Assembly (NCBI GenBank): GCA_000934665.2
Contig: JYFJ02002294.1
Coordinates: 1 to 59,892 of the forward strand
Direction of reading: 5' to 3'
DNA from: Catajapyx aquilonaris
Lineage: Eukaryota
Length of the DNA: 59,892 nt
Position 1 is the stretch's first letter, and every line of letters starts with the position of its first letter. Made by a program: the position numbers and the translations under genes. Positions 52,679 through 59,892 of the stretch are shown in pieces. A model generated the notes under the pieces. That model was not told where the DNA came from and did no database searches. It saw nothing but the letters and a program-made list of their open reading frames with translations.

Positions 52679-55600
52679 ACGTTCCACACCACGCTGGCTC
52701 CTCCTGCTCCTCCTGAGGCCCTGTAACAATTATTTAAATGGGACTGTTAATACCTGGTATTCAAAAAATTTTACAGTGTAAACAATATTATAACTTTCAA
52801 TAAGATTTGCTTTAATTTCAAGGAATGGCTCTAACATATTTTGCTCAATTATCAACTCTTACAGACTATAAGAAGCAAGGGGATAGTCACTCCTCAAAAA
52901 AGTGTACACCAGCTCTCTGGAGCTGCGGCTCTCCGCGGCTCATCAGCAGGCTCACCCACGGTCTTATGGGCTCACCGATGCCTTGGAGAGCCGCAGAGAG
53001 CCAACTACGTCACAACCTGTGGGTTTGATGATATGGCGTCAATATGACGTAGTTTTCCGTCTGCTCTCTTCTGCTCTCCACGGCTCACCAGTGAGGGTGT
53101 ACACCGGCTCTCCGCAGTGACTACCCCCTTGATAAGAAGTGTAAAAGAAGTTCTGGGCTCATAAATATGGTTATAATCGCTAACCCAATGATAGACCCAT
53201 AGTCTTATAGGGGATCCTGTCTTACATGGCCTGGCTTGATTCATTATGACTGTTCTTGATGCATTGTGCGAGAGAAGATTGGCAGGACCATCAGAAAACA
53301 ACCACGTACAAGGGCTAGTCGGAAAATAAGCTAAGAGGTTCTACAGTTTTGACGCCACGCAATGCAGAGGACAAAGCCGAGCATGAGCATGTACATCCAT
53401 CCTTCCGGTACTTTATAAGATGGATAGGCACCTTCTTGCAGCTTATGTGCAGGCGCGGCAGCCATCGGACGAGACCGAGTGGTGAGCCGAGCGTGCTCAC
53501 CCCCATTCCGCCAGGAAAAGTCAGGCCAGACAGAAAGGGTTGGTCACATGGACTAATGCATTAAGTGTGGGCAGATGTTCAGTTCCAGTGGTCAACATTT
53601 GACATGCAACATTCATCGCCGACTAGTGGAGGGTATGGCCCACAGATGTCTGAGCAATTCGTGTGGCGATATGGTGCCAACAATTTCGGAATAAGCTCGT
53701 GAGGGTGAAGGTGAATTTCGGTCACGGCAATTACCAACAGTGACCTCAAGTGTCCTCACTTCTGGCTTAGTCAGTGTGACCAACTCTTTCTGTCTGGCAT
53801 GGCTTTTCCTGGAGGCACATGGGAGGGCACGCATGGCTTGCCACTCTCATCCAAAGTCTGCATAATTGGAAAACACGGATAATCGGATAATGGTCCTAGA
53901 TACCCTTAAAAATGAGCTGTTTAGAGGTTTTAAATTAACTACTAGTAAGTATTCCTAAGTATGATGTTCTTAGAATGCTTTTAAGTTGCAATGGTCATAT
54001 TGGGCATGGCAAAACCATTTAGCACCTACAGCCTGTGGGTAGCCCCGTAAGACTCACATGCAATATTGTTCCAAATAATGAAGGCAAGACGAAAAACTGA
54101 TACCCAGTTTTTAAATTGACCTACACAATCATCATACACACATGCATGTCATATGTAAAGTTACAGTAATATAGACTCCCCCATGTAAAGGTGTGAAGCT
54201 TACCAGGGTTAAACTAAACCAATTTAAAATATATGTATACATATAATCTAGGTTTTTGAGAGATTTCAAATTTTTCCAATAAGAAATGGCATCAAATGGC
54301 CTTCGATTATTTTAATTTAGAGTAAATGACAATGGTATGTTGCTGGAGGCAAAATTTTTGTCAGGTGTTGTTTGGTGACAATAATGTTAATATATTACTA
54401 GAAAAACTCTCGCTATGCTTGTATTTTTCTATGACGAAGGCCTAGAAAGCCAGTGAACCTCCGAATTTTGGAATCATTCTCAATTTGTTGTTGTATTGCC
54501 CCACTTACCATAAACTACCAAAAATCCGTACAAGAAATAAAGTAGAAGGTTGTGTTAATTTATGTATACTCACTGGTGGTGGTGGCTGAGGAGCCGGAGG
54601 TCCCGGTGGAGGTGGTGGAGGTCCCGGTGGAGGTGGTGGAGGTCCCGGTGGAGGTGGTGGAGGTGAGGGAGGCGGAGAGGGAGAGGGAGGCGGAGAGGGA
54701 GGCGGAGAGGGAGGCGGAGAGGGAGGCGGAGAGGGAGGCGGAGAGGGAGGCGGAGAGGGAGGCGGAGAGGGAGGCGGAGAGGCAGGGGGTGGTGTTGGTG
54801 GGGGCGGTGGAGGTGCCTGCAATGGAAGAAGGTAAACTCAATTAATGTTAAGCTATATAAAGAACGGTAACAAAAAATTCCCATCTGCAAGCCGCAGCGG
54901 CACTGAGGGAGATTGTGATAAGGTTGTTGCCAGAAACCGTACAGGAAGTGCACCAAGGTGAATAAATTATTTTCTCCACTGTGGCATTTATATAAACTGA
55001 ACAGGAATAAGACTTGATGCTTACCTGCACATCGTCCTTCTGCTTCTTTTCCAGGAGCCTTTGACTCCTCCTCTGCGGCTGTAAAAATTGCAATTGGCTT
55101 GGTTAATGGATGAATCCCAGATATACTTCTGTAAGACACATTAAATTTTTATCAGTTATCTTCTTCTTCTTCTTCTTCTTAATCTATAAATGAGGAGAGT
55201 TTGTTTGTTTGTCCCTTATAGAAATCCAGGGGAAAGCCCCTACACCGCCTTAAATTAGCATATCGGGGGTTACATTTTTCAAGGAATTTAATGCCGCATG
55301 TTTCAGCTTCCGAAAATTAACCTAACTCCCACAACACGCATATTCCCGAATCTTCTCACTTCTCAGGCCTTAACAATTAACTTACATAAACATCAAATAT
55401 AACAATAAGTTTTATCGATTCACATTCCCATGGAAATGCCCTTATGCAATAATACCGCCTAGAAAATTAAAGCATTGCCGTAAATTCAACGCATCCACCA
55501 ATTACGCTAATTGGCCACCTCACGTGAGTTCATATCGTATGGTCATTCCGGGATTTTGTGGGATTTGCAACTAGACTTCCAGACAAAAATAAGTACAATA

Positions 55601-58600
55601 AAATATCAGTAAAACTTCCATAAGTCGAACTTCCCTAAGTCGAACTAATTTATAAGTCGAAGAAAATGATGAGCTTGGTTGGTCACAATGTAAAAGAATA
55701 GGAAATAAACTTCCCTAACTCGAATTTCTATAACTCGAAGTTCTCCATAACTCGAAGTAGGCAGGGTCTCACGATGGGATATCAATGCATTTTCAGTCTC
55801 CCTAAGTCCAAGTTCATGTTGGCGAGTATACGGTATTCTCATTTCCCAGCCGAAGGGTAGTGAGTAGGCCACATGTACAGAAAGGCTCAATTTCCTGATC
55901 TCCGTCTACCAGACGTAGCCAAAGAAGTGTTTGACTCTGTTGAGACAATTGAATCCTTGAATTTAAGAGTAGCCAAATGTCCATAACTGAGATTTTTTTT
56001 TACAACAAAACAATGAGAAACATTGTAAGTGTGATAGTGACAGTTAAATTTAAGTTTTGAACACCTTTCGTCGCTGGATATAATGGTAGGCTTCCTTATA
56101 GAGTTAGGTGCTTAAATAATTCCAAACTTCTCTAACTCGAATCTTCTATAACTCGAAGTTTTTTCAGGTCCCATGGAGATTCGACTTATGGAAGTTTTAC
56201 TGTAATACAGTATTTACAAATATTACTACTAACTACGTGTTGAAAACCAAATTTCCCACCATGCATCTGTACATACATTTCTAAATTTCTTCAGAGCAAA
56301 CATATGGAACGAGATGGGGGTGTGAATTGGAGTTGGGGGATCAAGGGGTCAAAAATGCAGGGGGGAAAACACACGGCTGTGCAGTCTTTTCCTGGGCCAA
56401 CTCCATCCGCAATCCTCTTTTTACACATCCAATCAGAATATCTGTGTCGACTACACTATAAGACAAGCAGGTAATCTATCACAGAGAGTGACAAACTTTG
56501 GCTTATTGCAACTTATAAGGCCCATTTTAAGACATATCAAGCTTCGAGTGTATTGAAGGGAAATTCTTACAAACAAATGCACTTCCTAAAATAGTGTATA
56601 TGTACCCCTTACCAGCACCCCAACATACCCGGGCAACGCCGGGTAACCTGCTAGTAGTTCATAATTTATGTAGTGACACTTGCAAATCAACAGAAATTCA
56701 GCACCGTGGCAATCATTGCACCTGTGATGAATTTTTAAATGAGCGCAACCAAGTGTGCAACACAGATCACAGAACTTGTTTCCAACACTAAGCTTCAGGG
56801 GGTAACAATATGGCGGCCTTTGGGACACACACCTGGTATACAGGGTGTATCTGAACTCAGTGCCCCGACGTATATGACTGCCTTCCTAGCCACCAGAGGA
56901 TCAACTTATGTAGGGGAGTCATTATGTCTGGGCAGCCTCATTACTGAGATACACTCTTTAGCGATTTTTGCCTAATCGCTCCTTCTGACTTTTAAATAGA
57001 ATTTTCTGGTGTAACTAGCCAAGGCCTTACCACCTGTGGGCAACAAACCAACAAAGTCCCGCCCCCAGACCTTCCAGAGCCTTCTGACTGGGGAGGGTTC
57101 GATGGGTGGCCTAACCGACAGGATATTTTGTACTACATGTTTGCGGCCAATTATCTCAGTAATGCGGCGGCCAGACATAATGACTCCTATGCTTAAATCG
57201 ATCCTCTGGTGGCTAGGAAGGCAGTCATATACGTCGGGGCACTGAGTTCAGATACACCCTGTATATGGTCTAAGACACACACTGAAAAAGGAGCTCTCAT
57301 GCTACACCAGCAGGGTACTGAACACACCACTGTACAGTAGTACACTACGTTGCACAGTACCCTGCTGCGGGTGTAGCATGAGAGCGCCTTTTTCAGTGCA
57401 ACCCACAAGGCTAAAAACCCGTTCAACCCGGTTCAACAGAAAGCATTTGCCTTGCATTTGTCAGTCCGCGGGGGTCAATTCGAATACAGAAAGGATGTGA
57501 CGTCACGCCGTAGACCATAATAAATAAATTGACTACAGCCGTATTTCTAATTGTTTTATCAAACCAACCAGGGGTAATCGCCACCTACGATTTTTCCCCA
57601 CCCCCTCGCGCGCTTGACCTGTGACTCTGATACACCCTGTATGTATTTATATATGTCACGCCTAATTAAGCCACTTCCCGGGTACGGAGAGCGCTGAAAT
57701 TTCGCACAGCCATGTCTTACATATCGGTGACCCCGGTAAAAGTCCCAAAACCGCACTTTTTAAAAGTCTAAGGGCGGTTTTCAGCAGCCTTTCCAATTGC
57801 CTAGCAACCTTCGCTGTCAACAAGCCCAAAAGAAGGATCTGCCTCTCTCACTCATGTTCTAAAATTATCAACATTGCATATTCAACGATGAAAACAATAG
57901 AACAACGGGCAGGTTGGCAAGAATAATAATTCCAGTACACGTAGGGTACTGTAACAACTAACGGTTGGAGTACTTCGGGGAGTGCCGAGATCATTTTTGG
58001 GCATTTTTGGGCATCATCACTGGCTAAAACTCGGAAGAGATTTAAAATCCTGTGTCAGCCGCAGGCGTAGAAAAACGTGAGAGAAGCGAGCGGTTTTCTA
58101 CGCCTGTGCCATAAAAAAATTCGAGCAGAGCGAGGGTTTTCCTAGTATAAGAAATAAAGTAGAACCAATAAGGTTGTGTAAATTTATGTTTACTCACCAC
58201 TGGTGGTGGACGAGCAGCACGAGCAGCTCGTGATCCTCTGGCGGATCTTGCTGCTGGTGCTGCCGGTGCAGCCGCTGGAGGTGAGGGAGAGGCAGGGGGA
58301 GGCGGTGGTGGGGGCGGTGGAGGTGCCTGCAATGGAAGAAGGTAAACTCAATTAATGTTAAGCTATATAAAGAATGGTCACAAAAGATTCACATCTGCAA
58401 GCCACAGCTGCACTGAGGGAGATTGTGATAAGGCCGGTGCCAGAAACTGTACACGGAGTGGACCAAGGTGAATAAATTATTTTCTCCATTGTGGCATATA
58501 GATAAACTGAACAGGAATAAGACTTGATGCTTACCTGCACACTGATGGCCTTCTTCGCCGCCAGTCTCTCGCTCCTTCTCTGCGGCTGTAAAAATTGCGA

Positions 58601-58900
58601 TTGGCTTGGTTAATGGATGAATCCCAGATATACTTCTGTAGGACACATTAAATTTTTATCAGTTATAGTTCATAATTTACGTAGTGACACTTGCAAATCA
58701 ACAGAAATTCAGCACCGTGGCAATCATTGCACCTGTGATGAATTTTTAAATGAGTGCAACCAAGTGTGCAACACAGATCACAGAACTTGTTTCCAACACT
58801 AAGCTCCAGAGGGTAACAATATGGCGACCTTTGGGACATTGCCAAGGCTCTGGAACGCACCTTAGAGGCTATCGGTGTGACTTTGGGCCTTGAGGAGTAA
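52679..58900 (-). CDS. Putative 5'-partial micro-exon gene for an Arg/Pro-rich low-complexity protein. Candidate exons 58900-58861, 58585-58535, 58326-58198, 55078-55025, 54816-54574, 52720-52679 (possibly also 51773-51735, ~50970-50927, ~49742-49625)
   Basis: Each listed exon has a CAG acceptor and GTAAG/GTGAG/GTGCG donor. Joined in phase 0 they give YSSRPKVTPIASK-PQRRSERLAAKKAISVQ-APPP...-PQRRSQRLLEKKQKDDVQ-APPP(SPPP)n(PPPPPG)n-GLRRSRRSQRGVER. No recognisable homolog. Confidence 0.55.
55159..56654 (+). mobile_element. Non-autonomous Helitron
   Basis: 5' TC; (TTTG)n near the 5' end; 3' hairpin CCCGGGCAACGCCGGG followed by CTAG; inserted between A and T with no TSD; empty paralogous site CAGTTA|TAGTTC at 58665/58666. 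Confidence 0.92.
55607..56202. mobile_element. Tigger/pogo-like MITE nested in the Helitron
   Basis: TIRs CAGTAAAACTTCCATAAGTCGAA / TTCGACTTATGGAAGTTTTACTG, with internal TAACTCGAA subrepeats. Confidence 0.85.
56841..57261. mobile_element. Tc1/mariner-like MITE with long near-perfect TIRs
   Basis: TA-CAGGGTGTATCTGAACTCAGTGCCCCGACGTATATGACTGCCTTCCTAGCCACCAGAGGATC is mirrored at ~57200-57261-TA. Confidence 0.9.
57280..57638. mobile_element. Palindromic CAGGGTG-terminated MITE: right arm plus centre here; left arm of another copy at 59598-59892
   Basis: ~57360-57638 is the reverse complement of ~59598-59875; central hairpin CATGCTACACC.GCAGGGTACTG / CAGTACCCTGC...GGTGTAGCATG. Confidence 0.8.
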
Positions 58901-59892
58901 CTGTGGCAACACTGTAGCCAGAAAAATGGAATTAGGCGAGTGTGGGTGCGTACTCGATTGTGCTTGTGAAAAAAAAAAACCCTTCATCTTCATCTACAAC
59001 ACTTTTACTTTAGCAGTACTGCATCTATAAATGTAGGCTAGAAATACAAGTGTACTCCCAATTATCTGGGCTATTGGCTGCATGGACCTCCAGTGCAGCG
59101 ATTGTCTGCTTGTGCATAACCATTCATGACCTTGCCAGAGCATGTGGTGTATCCAGTGGTACTGCCCACACAATATTGCATTGACCATTTGCACATGCAA
59201 CTCGTATGTGCCCTATGCGACACGGCCCCACGCTCTTAATTCCAGAGGATAATCAGATACGGGTGGAGGTTTGCAAAGAGTTGCAACGTCTTGTGGACTA
59301 ACAAGGTGACTGGTAACTGCTCTTCATAATCTTAGCACGTCATACTCCTCCATGGCTGTTTTCTTCAAATGGAAGCAAAACCTCAACCCTGAATATTATT
59401 GTCCCTCACTGGAAAATCGGAAAGGAATATGAATCCCGGTCTACTTCTGCCTTCTGGTTTCATAGTTGCCTGGGATTGCGGAATATTATTTGAACAGGAA
59501 TTGGAATCATTCTCAATATGTTTTGACTAGTCCTGTTGTATCGTCCCACTTACCATCCCTATTATAAAGCTCAATATTTGTACATATGTATGTATATACA
59601 GGGTGTACCAGAGTCACAGGTTAAGCATGCGCGAGGGGGTGGGGAAAAATCGTAGGTGGCGACAACCCCGGTCAGTTTTATAAAATAATTAGAAATACGG
59701 CAGTAATCAATTTATTTATTACGGCTTGACGTCACATCCTTTCTGTATTTGAATTGACCCCCGCGGACTGGCAAATGCAAGGCAAATGCTTTCTGTTGAA
59801 CCTGGTTGAACAGGTTTCTAGTCTTGCGGGTTGCGCTGAAAAAGGCGCTTTCATGCTACACCGGCAGAGTACTGAACACACCACTGTACAGT

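Noticed and set aside
54552..54845. Plus-strand (EAER)n ORF and alternate-frame (SASL)n and (LRLP)n ORFs
   Set aside because: Shadows of a 12-bp repeat; splice signals and the paralogous exon support the minus-strand Pro-rich frame.

Overview
Intron-rich animal genomic DNA, probably from an insect or other hexapod (inferred from the V-ATPase a exon sequence). All gene models were assembled by hand from GT-AG boundaries and reading-frame phase. In order: (1) the 3' part of a V-ATPase V0 subunit a gene (+) with two mutually exclusive exons; (2) four tandem, highly diverged 6-exon genes (+) for secreted ~200-230 aa proteins with an invariant 12-cysteine scaffold, none recovered intact by the ORF track; (3) GTF3C3/TFIIIC102 (+); (4) ARF6 (-) with a U12-type intron; (5) DDX51/Dbp6-like DEAD-box helicase (-); (6) decayed RNase H-bearing non-LTR fragments at 42-48 kb; (7) the probable 3' part of a micro-exon gene (-) built from duplicated RRSxRL + polyproline exon pairs. 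Interspersed are tRNA-derived SINEs with different cores, a three-layer SINE/LINE nest at one target site, many MITEs and a Helitron with a paralogous empty site. No database searches could be run, so family names beyond the four conserved genes are inferences.
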